The notes below the pieces were generated by a model. The model saw nothing but the letters and a program-made list of their open reading frames with translations. It was not told where the DNA came from and did no database searches. From Squalus acanthias (taxonomy: Eukaryota): a stretch of 64,000 bases of DNA. Positions 13,001 through 24,888 of the stretch are shown piece after piece. The stretch lies in contig CM059426.1 of NCBI GenBank assembly GCA_030390025.1, forward strand, positions 34,658,001 to 34,722,000, written 5' to 3'. How positions within the stretch are numbered: position 1 is the stretch's first letter; every line of letters starts with the position of its first letter. Made by a program: the position numbers and the translations under genes.

Positions 13001-15540
13001 ATTCAGGTGAAGCACTGAGAAACAAGTGAGCTACTTATTCAGCATTGTTCGGCAACTACCCAGCACACACACGTGTGTTTATTCAGTGTGACTGGTATAT
13101 TACACATCCATTAAAGCCCCAGCATCGATCAGTGCACACGGAAACTGTTCCTCAATACCTGCATTAATCCTAAATTACAACACTGTATTTCGTTCCTCGC
13201 ACAACTTCTAAGCACAAAATATCCCTGAATCTTGTAACTTCCAAGTTGCTAAAGAACTACATTTTCAGTCGATGTATTGCCTTTATATCACAAATTTAAA
13301 ATTCGCCCTCGGATTTACAGGAACACTGTTAATGGAGAATGCTTCTATCTATTTATGTAACACTTCCGCGTCTTTCCTTATTAATAAATGATGAGCTGTA
13401 TGTCAGTTATATGGCAACTAGGGTCAGCGTGTATTTATCTATACTCCAGCCAGTGAACAGGTGAACTGATCATGTTTAGAACAGTGCTCGGATAGAGGGG
13501 TCCAGTCTGTGCTTTCATCTGCGATTTCCCAATTTAAGAAGATGGTATAATAAATATACAACATACAGTAAATAATATATAAAACGCCGTTTTCAGAATA
13601 ATTCATCAACAACAAAAGATACAATTTTTAAATAATACAGTTCATGTCGAACAAGCTCCTGTTATTTATTCAGAGAGTTTACCGATTGAGGATTCGAGAG
13701 CTAAAGAATGACCTGCGCAGAGTGAGAACTGATACCAAAACCTTCAGATAAACTTCGATGTGTGCTTTTCACATACTCGCAAGGTACAGATAAAAGGACA
13801 TAGAATAGACTCGTTTTTCAAGTTATCTTTTGGAAATAATTTAGGGGAGAAATAATTGTAAGCTTTAGGACCAAAAATAATGGATAAATCAAGTTTGAAT
13901 TAGCGTGTCTCCAAATTAGTTCGGTATAGTTTGATATTTCAAATTAGTTTAATGCTACTATTTACTGCTCTAGCATTCGCATTATATATCTTAAGTTACA
14001 TTTTAACGGTTCGATCAGCAGTAAATTGCATTAAAATATATAATATAGCATAATTTCGTAATGTAAATTCAGGTTAAAATGTATTTACACCATCCCTTAA
14101 ATTAACCAAGTTGTGCAGATTGATATCAATAAATCTTAACATATATTTGCATTCGCAGTAACAATTATACGTTCATATAAAAATCATGGAAATCTATAGG
14201 CCCTTTCCGTAACTTTAATCCATAAATGGTTCATCCAGAAATAGTTATTAGGGTTACTTGGTGTATGCCATTTTCAGAACGAACCCCTTGGACATATAGT
14301 TCTGCACAGAACTGGATTATGTTCTGTGCTGTGATTTGAAACACTAATCGTATATGGATAATTACGATTAGCAACGAGCAGGATTTTCCAATAGGAAATC
14401 CTCTTAGTTGACAATGTACCACTCGTCCTGTAAAATACGTAACTTGAACACTGGTAGACGATGGTAAATGCTCCTAAAAGAAAATTGATCCAAGCCGATC
14501 TGTTTCTTAACAGTTGGTATATGTATATTACTTTTCCTACTGCAAAACTGTAACGCAACTATAAGCGATGGAACCTAACCTAAATATGGATTAGGAAAAA
14601 TGGCAAAGACCAGAGATGGTTAACAGTTATTGTACCCTGCACGAGTATGCTTTAAATTATATCAACCAGTATAGACATAAATGAGAATAATTAAGCACAG
14701 CGGCGCAAAGTACAGCGTGAGGGCAGAACTGAGCTAACTTGCAAAACCTTCCCTTTGATATATTGCAAGGAATTTGGTCCAATTGGGATTAGTCAAAGTA
14801 AATGTCTTATTCTGCATCTATTTAAAGGGAGCCTTTAAAACAAATTGCAAAATATCGCGCGTTATAATACATTCAACGGCATCAGTAGTCTCAACAGGAG
14901 TTCGTCACATATTCGTTGTAAATTAAGTTCTTTTTTTCATAGTTTCAATTCATTTTCATCACTTGATTTAAATGTATTTGAATAATATTTACCCCACATC
15001 ATTAAGCCGGTTGAATCCAAGCTTTAAAAAAAAGTCCACTAAAAAGAATGGAGTTAACTAGACGCCGGTTGGTGCTTGGCAATGAAAGAACTGCAACTCC
15101 TCCCTATTTTTCAAATTGCATCTGTCTTACACATTAATCGATAACATAAAATCAAAACTTATGATTAAAACAGGCATTGCTTCAGGCGTTAAAAAAATCA
15201 AACGAAATTGATGAGGGGCTTGATTCTGCATAGCGGTTAAATGTGAAAATGAATGAAAAAGGTCAAAATCGGACAGTTTTCGAAGTTTAATTTTTTGACT
15301 TCCTCCTGTTCTCCTTTTCCAACCAATGAAGTATTTTCTACTAAAAATAATACGGCGATGTCTTAATTTAGGCAAATAACGCAGTTGTACAGAGGGTTTG
15401 TGGAATACTTGTTACCGGGTCTTCCGTAAATTGTTTTAAAACAATCTCTTAATGCGTTTAACACCAGTGCTAATGATTAGATAATCGCATTACCAAGTAA
15501 AACCAAGCTGAAAGTTTAAAGGACAGCGTTATATAAAGCT

Positions 15541-15779
15541 CATGATGTGGAGATGCCGGCGTTGGACTGGGGTGGACAAAAATGAGAAGTCGCACAACAC
15601 CAGGTTATAGTCCAACAGATTTATTTGATTTTACAAGCTTTCGAAGCAGTTCGCTCCTTAGTCAGGTAAGTTAGCAACCTGACTAACTTACCTGACGAAG
15701 GAGCGAACTGCTTCGAAAGCTTGTAAAATCAAATAAATCTGTTGGACTATAACCTGGTGTTGTGCGACTTCTCATTTTT
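15541..15779. mobile_element. Penelope-like element remnant: inverted pLTR copies forming a 97-bp hairpin with hammerhead ribozyme motifs
   Basis: Arms 15578-15674 and 15683-15779 are reverse complements with one mismatch and an 8-nt loop. Flanked by direct repeat ATATAAAGCT (15531-15540 / 15780-15789). Contains a CTGACGA-stem-GAAA core. Confidence 0.85.
15688..15726 (+). ncRNA. Minimal type I hammerhead ribozyme motif
   Basis: TTAC / CTGACGA / A / GGAGC-GAACT-GCTTC / GAA-AGCT-T / GTAA: stem I TTAC:GTAA, stem II, palindromic stem III AGCT, cleavage triplet CUU. Confidence 0.65.
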
Positions 15780-18700
15780 ATATAAAGCTGCTCTAGGTCA
15801 TTCCTCCCATCTATCTGTAACTATTTCTAATATACCGGTGGGCAGAGCAATTCGTTATCTGTGAAGTTTAGATTGCGATAAAAATCACAATCTTCGCATT
15901 GGCCCTCCAAAATGGGTAGCGATTATTGATTTTGTACGTGAGCTGTTCTCAGAAGATTGGAGTTTAAGTCTGTCTGGGCCAACAAAGCGTAACCACTTTA
16001 GAAAGTGTCAAAGTTTTGCTTGTGCTCCTAACCCTTGCTTTCTTATCAACATCTGTTGTGTTAACTCTGGGGCGTCCGCGTGTCCTGGCCACACCCAACC
16101 ACTGGACCGTTTTTTGCACATAAATTCCATTTGTTTTTCCATCTAGTTAATAACAGCATGACAATCTAACAAAGAATGGTATAGTTTCATTCTGCAGGAA
16201 GCCACTGGGTTGTTGACGAGTACAAATAGTATTAAAAGAGCTATTACTAATAATATTGTAATAATCCTAACAATGCGCATTGAGTCAAGACTGACAATAG
16301 TGTAATGTATTAATCAGATTCTATTGCATTCTTCTATTGTGCCTGGGTAGAGTTGGACAGTCTTAATGCAAGCAAAAGGTATATAAAATACTTGAAAGGA
16401 TTACGAATATTTCAGTCATATAATGTATATTTAGTCAATCTAGATCTTGTAGAACAAAGACCTCGTTGTCATCATGTTTGTGTACAATCTGGACATACTT
16501 CCGCGATTAAAAATGAGATTTCAAACAATTTGAAAGTTCCTTATTTCTAATAGCGAGTGTTTAACCTAGATGGTGCAGGAGCTGTTGCGGGAAGTTTGAC
16601 TACTTCAGCAGGCGTCTGCCAGCAATACTTTGCACACAACTTGCACTTATTAAGTAAAATTGGAATTAATTGCGAAATATAACATGCAGCGATGATAATT
16701 TCGCAGCCCACGTGTTAAAAAGGAGGGTCCGTTTAATATAGTAACTCTGAATTTCATTTTAAGCGATTGTTAATCACCTGTCTTATAACAATATATCTCG
16801 GGGATGCTGCATAAAATGTTATATTGCTTTAAGAACTTCTCTGGAGTTTTTTGTTAGATGATAAAATAGTTTGTATCTTTTTGTCATTATTTATAAACCT
16901 TCGTAACTTTGGCTGAAATATTTACATGATATCTATTTTTAAAAGATTACTCTCTGGAACGATAATAACATGCAAGAAAACATAGTAAGAAACGGCAACG
17001 TGTTCTAAAAGGAATAGAATGAATAGGACGGAATAGACTCTTCCCTCGAATTCTTCTTGTTAACATCAAGATTAGTCAAAAGATTATAGAAGCTGCACAA
17101 ACACAAACTTCTGAATTTTGAGCTGTATGAATCTCACCAGAACAACAAACGCTGGCCGAAATTAAACTTTAATGGCACACATGGCACGTCACTCTTTGAA
17201 CACGGCAGCTCCAGATGTGAAACAGCTTTGCATTCAGACCCTTCTTTTAAATCAACTGCAACTTCTGCCTCCCTTTGTAAGGGACAATACAAAGATTTTA
17301 TGCGTAGCTGCCTTGCAACAAAGGTACCTCACGCCAGAGATTGTCTCCATTGCTTGACCTCTTAACAATGAATTGTTAGAAAAGCTACTTCGGTCTCAGC
17401 TCTGGAGATGAAAAGTTCTGAACTGCAATCGTAGAACTCCCTGTTATCTGCCTTTACAACAAACAAGCAGGGACACACGCAACACAACGTCCATTTATTT
17501 AACGAGCTTTAAAGTACATTTATTTTTTTTAAACTCAAAAACGTCTAAAATGTCACACATTTTGAAGGTTGAATTGTGCTATCTTTGGTCAGTGTAAATC
17601 GACTAAGACATATGTAAATATCTTATTACCAATGAAATAATGAAATAATTTATGGCCTTGTTTACTTTATATTTGCCTTAACGATCTTGGAGCTGCGTAT
17701 CAACAATTTAAGTCGAACAATGCTTCGTTATATGTGATTTAGTTAAAAAAAATAATGGAACACCTTTTAACCAGAAAAGGGTTAGACACGCTCAGGAATT
17801 GTGCATTGCAATTGACAGAAGAGAATTTGCAAGAGTTTAATCGATTCGAAACATTTTTTTTCCTGTTATCGTTTCCGCGTTACTGATTAAAAGGTAAAGT
17901 GGAATGAAGAGCTGGCCTTCCTGGCACTGCGGAAAGTTGGCCTGCACTTTCAATGTTTGCGGAATAAGAACACACATTTGATATCAACTGAACAACTAGA
18001 CAACGCAGAGAGATTTCAAAACACAAATAAGATTCTAGACACATGTACAAAGAAGTTAAATATATGTTTTTATTTAATAATACACGCGTAGTTGAATTAA
18101 ATTGTTTAAAGAGATTGAAAAAGAACGATTTGTTGTATTGCCTCAACGTATGCCTTCACCAGTTTACAATTCACTCGTGCGTATTTTACATAGTCCCCCT
18201 CCCCCTCTGTTTCCTACGCAAATGTTTTCACTTTAGAAAGGACAATTCTTGTATTTTGGGGCTGCATTCTCTTATATTGAATGATCAACATCGAGCAGTA
18301 CAATTGTAATGTTGATCAATTAATATAAACACAGGGTTTTTTTTCTGGAGATAGCGTTGGCCAGTTAGATCTGGCGACGTTACAGTTTAAAGTAGGATTG
18401 CAAAGGAACACTTACCGCAGATCTGTTCGTATAGTTTGAGCTGTCTTATTTTTAGTTCTTCGTGGCGGTGCTAGCACACAGATGCATGCATGGACTGACT
18501 GTTTGCAAGTAACGCTGGCATGGGGTCTGCGGCAAACTGAGCTCAATCAATACCCATTGCACTCACATGCCAGATGGTTTGTGAGAGAACCAAATAAAAC
18601 ATTTCAGATCGACCCACGAGCACTCATCCTTTTTTTAACTGTAGGACATTCTTCACTAACGCAATTCTCAATCGCTGTTAACATGTTCAAATGATACAAA

Positions 18701-19052
18701 ACTGCAAATGCTCAGTTTTACATTGTAGTCAGAGCTTTTAATTTTATAAAATAAACTATTTTAATCAGTTTTTAAATGTGCTGCAGATGGGCTAGATTTC
18801 GAGTAGGGAATCTCGTACAATTAAATATAGGCCTCGAGTGAAGTGGAGAAGATTAATCAGACTAATAGCGATTTTATCAAGAAGGTTTATCCGTTTTATT
18901 TGAGTCATGCAACAAAAAAGGTGTTTGGAGAATGGTCTATTCCTTATTTACCTTTTAAATATATGATGCACTTACAACTCACGCTCTGTTTGCCATTTAT
19001 ATATTTATATATTTATTCCACCAACAATCCTGCAATGTTTCACCACTGGGCT

Positions 19053-19180
19053 CTGATAGTTGAAGCGACCCACCTGAGATATGAACCTATTTTCTCCCTT
19101 TCAGATGTTGACTGGCCTGCTGGGTATGCCCAGCATTTCCAGCTTTTATTTCGGATTTCCGCATTTACCGTTTTCTCTTT
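19053..19180 (+). mobile_element. Degenerate Penelope-like repeat fragment
   Basis: Decayed version of 60265-60395 (CAGATGTTGACTGGCCTGCTGGGTATGCCCAGCATTTCC..TTTTATTTCGGATTTCC). Confidence 0.55.
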
Positions 19181-19582
19181 TCTATATTTTACCACTGTTT
19201 GCTAAATTTTAATTAAACAGAACTTTGTATTCGAAGCAATTAAAACAGTTCGGACAATCGCTGGAAACAATTCGGCAGTGTTTGTGCTTTATCGGTAAAC
19301 CTATAGCCAACATACAGGGAACTCTTTTCATTTTATGGATTGATTATTTAAACAAATCGAACCTCATTGACCGTATGCTAATTTTTCACTTCATATCGAA
19401 GTAGGATTTAACTTGCAAGCTAACAAACTAAGCAATGTAGAGTTAGGTTGCCAACAATAAATACGGCGAGTTCAGAGTTAATGTTAAACGCATCGGAAAT
19501 CTACTGGGTTTTAGCCACACGGAGACATGTTTGTTTTCGGCCTATAATCGTCACCCTGTTTCGGATTACTTTACATAACATA

Positions 19583-20245
19583 CTACACGGAGAGAGGATC
19601 CTGGAGAAAGAGTAGAGGGTGAGGTAGATAATTTGGAGAGAGCAAATGAGAGAATATGACCAAAGATGAAGACAGAAAAAATAAAGAGACAGGAATGGAT
19701 GTAGAGAAAGATAAAGGGTAGAATACGGAGAAAGAGAGAAGGGAGAATGTGGAGAGGGGGACATGAAGCAAGAAGGGAAGACTATAGAGAGAGGGGCAAT
19801 ATAGAGAAGACAGAAACGAGAATATAGAGAAAGTAAGAAGGGGGGATATGGAAATCGAGAGGGGAACATGGAGCCAGAAAGGGAGACTACAGAGAAAGGG
19901 AGGAAGATTACGCAGAAAGAGAGGGGAGATGTGGAGAAAGGGAGAATATGGAGAAAGAGGGGAAGACTGTGGAAAAAGAGAGGGGAGAATACAGAGAGAA
20001 ATTATAGAAAGAAAGGGGAGAATGTGGAGAGAGTATGGGAGTATGGAGCATGCGAGGGGATAATATAGAGAAAGAGAGGAGAATATGGAGAGAGATTGGG
20101 AGAATACGGAGAAAAGAGCAGAATGTGGAGAGAGAGGGGAGAATATGGAAAAAGTCATAAAGAAAGGAAGAAAGTGTGTGCAGAAAGAGAGGAAGAGAAA
20201 GAATATCGAGAAGGAGAATGTGGAGGGAGTGAGAGAGTCTGATAC
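19583..20245 (+). repeat. Purine-rich degenerate repeat (GGAGAATATGGAGAGAGAGG-like units)
   Basis: About 660 bp dominated by A/G with recurring GGAGAAT(A/G)TGGAGA; explains the spurious ORFs at 19501-20273. Confidence 0.85.
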
Positions 20246-22199
20246 AGTGTCAAAAAATAAGTTATTTAGTTAGGTGGGACAAATTTTTACTTTTAGAAAA
20301 CAAATATTTAAGTCTTAGCAATCCTATTATTTGAGCCGTGAAAAGATACCAAAACTGATAAGCATAAGACCTGGATTCTGATTCGATGTCGTGTATTTGC
20401 TGAAAGGTGTGGGTTTTTATTATGTATCTGTCCATCTCATGCTTTACCCTGACTTGCAAAGTCAAACTTAACACACACACGCGCCCGCCCACCAGCTAAT
20501 AAACTGCTGCACTCGTGTCATTATAAAAAGTTAGCCTGCCACAAGATGTCCGCTCCTCGACAGGGCCTGACTTTTAACTCTGACTAACACTGTGACTGAC
20601 GTCAGTCGCACAACGAGCTGCACTGAAATCTGTTTCAGACATTGGAAATGTTCGATTGTTGCAAATCAATTCTCTGAATAGAACAGGTACTCCCTACAAC
20701 TTCTCCAGTTTCTTACAAGTTTGCTAACAGCTGAAAGTCAGTGGAGGGATATTTATCCGTCAGACCCCGCTGCTCTTCCCTGACAGATGATCAAAAGAAA
20801 CTAGGTCACGCATTTCAAGCTCTTGTCCAGCCCCTGTCCTTAATTACTGCCCCCCAAACAATGGGCACATCTGCGCAGCCTCCCCACCTTCTCTGCAAAG
20901 TCAAAACCTAGAGGGGAAAAGAGCAGATCGCACAAATACTCGGCTACGTTTCACACTTGAGTTCATTTTCTTGCTTTCAGTCTCATCTTCCACACCCCCA
21001 CCCCCCCATCCCGCCCCTCGCCGATTGAAAAAAAATAATTCAATTAATTTGTATGAAAATAAACCAACTCATACAGTTGATTCAATAATCAATTTAGTTC
21101 AAATAATATATATTTTTAAAGTGTTGTTTTATCTTAATCAACAGTAGTAATACCTATAATTAAAAATAACTGGCTCTGTTTCCGTATCATTCACTTATTT
21201 TCAAGTCCTGACGGTATACGCGCATCATCAATAAGATGTTACTGTCTGATTTACGATTTATCTATGGCCCCCCTATAACTTGTATCATTTACATCTAGCC
21301 GAAATCTGACTACAGCAGAGGCTATCTGCATGTCAACATTACACAAAAACACGAGAAATGATCAAACGATAGATCTATATCGACTCTAATAAATAGAAAC
21401 GTCCAATCTGCTCTCTGCAGTTTTACTTGAGGAAACTCGTCCGTCATTTGCTTAATATATCGAGGCAAATTATTGTCAGTCGCTATCAGACCGAAGGTTG
21501 GGAAGAATCGGTTAAGCTGAATTGATCCCTCAGTGCGGTGGTGCGCCGAGCCCGCAGTCATTATTGAAAACAGTTGATTCTATATTTACAATAGAGATGG
21601 GCCATTTTACCCATTAGTTCACACGAGGAGTACAGTGAGATTGTTCTTGGGAAGTGTGCGGTGGTGAAAACAGGAGGTAACATGTCTGCGTTCAACAAAT
21701 AGCAATCGATCGTTAAAGTTTCTTTTTAACAGGAGAGCATTGTATGAAATTGAATTAATTGCGATTTTCACGGTTTTAGTTCAATATACCTTGGATATTT
21801 TCAAAAGAGGAAGCGCTTTTGAACCAACTGTGAATAACCCGCAATCAGAGCCAGAAAATATCTGGAAAAGCTTGTTTTAAAAATTAATCAAAATAGTTTT
21901 TTCAATAAAAACGCATAATTAAAATGATCTACAGACTCTGTAAAGTTGTAAATACTGGTCCAAGACTTCCAACTTGCATTTCGAAGTGTTAAATTAACAT
22001 AGTAAATTAACTAGCGGTTATCAAATTGATCAAAATAAAGGCAGAATAGATTGACAAAAAATAAATATTTATATTAAAATTACTTCGAATCAAACGTCCG
22101 GATCAGTAAGAAAATAATTATTGGAACAAGAGCAGGACAAAACTGACTTACTCGGAACCCGGAAGTTAATATAGTTTGGAAAAAAATGCTAAGGTCGGT

Positions 22200-22420
22200 G
22201 GCGCTGTGGTGAAGGCTGCTTGTGGATGGAGGGAGGGAGGTAGGAGGGGAGGCAGATTGTACACAACCCGTCAATCTAACCTGATAACGGACATCCCGCC
22301 CCCCGTCGCCGCGATTGGACAAACCTCCCCTAGGTCTCTCGACCCAGGCGGGTGGGAGGGAGAACGGGAGCCTCTCATAGGCTCGGGTCTGCTGTCCATC
22401 AGAAATATCCCCCACCCTTA
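22200..22420 (+). promoter_or_regulatory. Putative ONECUT2 proximal promoter
   Basis: GC/CpG-rich patch 300-500 bp upstream of the ATG, with GC box CCCGCCCCCC (22295-22304) and inverted CCAAT (ATTGG 22314-22318). Confidence 0.55.
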
Positions 22421-22601
22421 GGTTAGCAATTTAGGTTGAACCAGGAGCAAACGCGTCTCGGGCTGGCTCCAGCTGTCTAAACAGTCGACGTAGGAGGAGG
22501 ACAGGCTCGGACATGGCGAGAAACAGCACTGGCCCGTCTGAGTGTTATCGGTGATCTTTGCAACCCGTGAGGCCTTAACATTTTTATCTTTCTTTCTCTT
22601 C

Positions 22602-22675
22602 ATATATATATGTGTGTGTGTGTGTATATATATATGTATGTGTGTATATATCATCTATACATGCATATATATATG
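22602..22675. repeat. Compound (TA)n/(TG)n microsatellite in the ONECUT2 5' leader
   Basis: ATATATATATGTGTGTGTGTGTGTATATATATATGTATGTGTGTATATA... Confidence 0.9.
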
Positions 22676-22738
22676 TAGCAAAAAAATCCCCTTGATTTAC
22701 CAAGCCAAAAGAAACAATTATAATCTTTAATGGACTGA

Positions 22739-23840
22739 ATGAACAACGCGTATAGATGTATAGCCAAAGAGGTATATGGCATGAACCCGGAGATTACAAT
22801 GGACAGCATTGGGAATTTGCATGGTGGAATAAGCCATGAGCAATCCACGGGCGATCTGATGAACAGTCACCAGCGGCAGGCAGTTTCAGCAGCTCATCGG
22901 GAACTGACGACCAGATCTGCAATGGTGTCCAGTATGGCTTCCATTCTGGATGGGACTGGGGACTACCGTCCGGAGCTCTCTATCCCTCTCCATCCGGCCA
23001 TGAGCATGTCCTGCGAGTCTCCACCTGGCATGGGCATGAGCAGCACCTACACCACACTAACGCCACTCCAGCCCCTGCCTCCCATCTCCACCGTCTCGGA
23101 TAAGTTCCACCACCCTCACCATCACCACCACCACCACCATCACCACCACCAGCGGCTGGCGGGCAACGTTAGCGGGAGCTTTACCCTGATGCGGGACGAA
23201 AGGGGCTTGCCTGCTGCCATGAACAATCTCTACAGCCCGTACCACAAGGACATGCCCGGGATGACTCAAAACCTCTCCCCTCTGTCCAGCAACCCTCTGG
23301 GAAACGGCCTGGGCTCCATCCACAACACCCATCAGGGCATCCAGGGCTACGGCTCCAACAGCCACGACAAGATGCTCAGCCCCAACTTCGAAGCTCACAC
23401 GGCTATGCTGGCCAGAGGGGACCAGCACCTGTCTCGGGGTCTTGGAGCCCCGTCGGCGGGCATGATGCCACACTTGAACGGCATGCATCACCACCACCAC
23501 GGTCACTCAAGTCATCATCAATCTCACGGGCCCGTGTTGGCTTCAAGCCGGGATCGGCCTCCCTCCTCCTCGGGCTCGCAGGCTAACAGCTCGGGCCAGC
23601 TGGAAGAGATCAATACCAAAGAAGTAGCACAAAGGATCACGGCGGAACTCAAACGCTACAGCATCCCACAGGCCATCTTCGCTCAGAGGGTGCTGTGCCG
23701 CTCACAGGGAACCCTCTCGGACCTTTTAAGGAACCCCAAACCTTGGAGTAAACTTAAATCGGGACGGGAGACCTTCAGGCGGATGTGGAAATGGCTTCAA
23801 GAGCCTGAGTTCCAGAGAATGTCAGCCTTAAGGCTCGCAG
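22739..23840 (+). CDS. ONECUT2: ONECUT2 coding exon 1 (TP box, poly-His, CUT domain)
   Basis: MNNAYRCIAKEVYGMNPEITMDS (ONECUT2-type N-terminus); TYTTLTPLQPLPPISTVSDKF; His tract; CUT domain EEINTKEVAQRITAELKRYSIPQAIFAQRVLCRSQGTLSDLLRNPKPWSKLKSGRETFRRMWKWLQEPEFQRM; donor GCAG|GTAAGC at 23840/23841; synteny with ST8SIA3. Confidence 0.96.
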
Positions 23841-24871
23841 GTAAGCCAGGGGATAATGCTCGCACGTTGAGATTGTGAAGAGGGAATTGGTAGTGATGGG
23901 GGGGGGGGGGGGGTAAACTCACAATAACGGTGCAAAACAACCAAAAATCATTGCAATTGTTATTTGCTGTGCTCTAATTCATCGACAAGAGAATATTGAA
24001 TAGAAACTGCCTTTCTTTGTGGTTAGATGCACCCGTGCCACTATTGCGGGGAGACCCGGGTATTTTCCTGTTTTTCCCCATTCCACCCACTGCAGAGCTC
24101 CTTCAGGGTTCTCCTTAGTCCAGTGCTCGCACAATAGCTCCATCAGAAGACAATTCAATATTCCCTCAATGAAACGACACACCCACAATCGTAACGTGGA
24201 ACGGCATCAACATCTGATTACCATTCAATTAATGTACCTTAAAAACCCATTTAAGAATGCAGTGTTCAAATGCTTCCCCACCCCCCCCCCCCTGCTTGAT
24301 GACCATCAACAAATTCGCAGTTGCACTATCCAGAATCCTACGTGCTGCCAGCCTGTTTAACCCATGTCAGAATCTGAACTGCTTTTTTTTGTCTCCTTTG
24401 TAGCACAGTAATTCCCTTTACTAACGTTAACTTCAGCCCCCTGCTAGAGATCGGTAAGGGCTAAAATCGGACTATTGTTGTCCGCCCTTGCTCATGCCAG
24501 CTCTGCATTGGACAGAAGCAATTCGACCGATTTCTGTTAAGTCTGCAGCACTCGGTTAGTTCTCGGTTTCTTCATCTACAACGCCGTTATTTTTTTTAAG
24601 CAGAATTCTGCCACCGCTTTTTGTTGTTCTGTTTAGTCCGTGTAATATGTGAAGCAAAGAGGAAACATATAAAATGTTTTACGCTTTTCACAGGGTTGTA
24701 GGGTGCCGAGTGACAAGCCTTGAGCTGTTTTGCGTGTATTTAAACGAATAGGTAAGACTAGTGCAGTGCTATAAGTAAGCGATCGTTTTGTTGTGGTGAA
24801 TCCCAACGATTGAGCACTGAACGAGCTTCGGTGGTTGGCAGTGTGATTGGGAAATCGGAGGAATTGCTTTT

Positions 24872-24888
24872 CCGCCCTCTAGCGGCCG
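24872..24888 (-). promoter_or_regulatory. CTCF-like motif
   Basis: Minus strand CGGCCGCTAGAGGGCGG resembles the core consensus CCASYAGRKGGCRS. Confidence 0.5.

Noticed and set aside
19501-20273. ORFs of 122 and 191 aa and overlapping R/E/G-rich ORFs
   Set aside because: By-products of the purine-rich low-complexity tract.
23057-23506. 149-aa antisense ORF over ONECUT2 exon 1
   Set aside because: Shadow of the GC-rich sense codons (the His tract read as Val/Met); no recognisable domain.
23841-23878. C-terminal extension GKPGDNARTLRL of the 379-aa ORF (and N-terminal extensions of the ORFs at 1390, 9228 and 39541)
   Set aside because: These run past canonical splice sites or start at non-ATG codons; the spliced models give the expected proteins.
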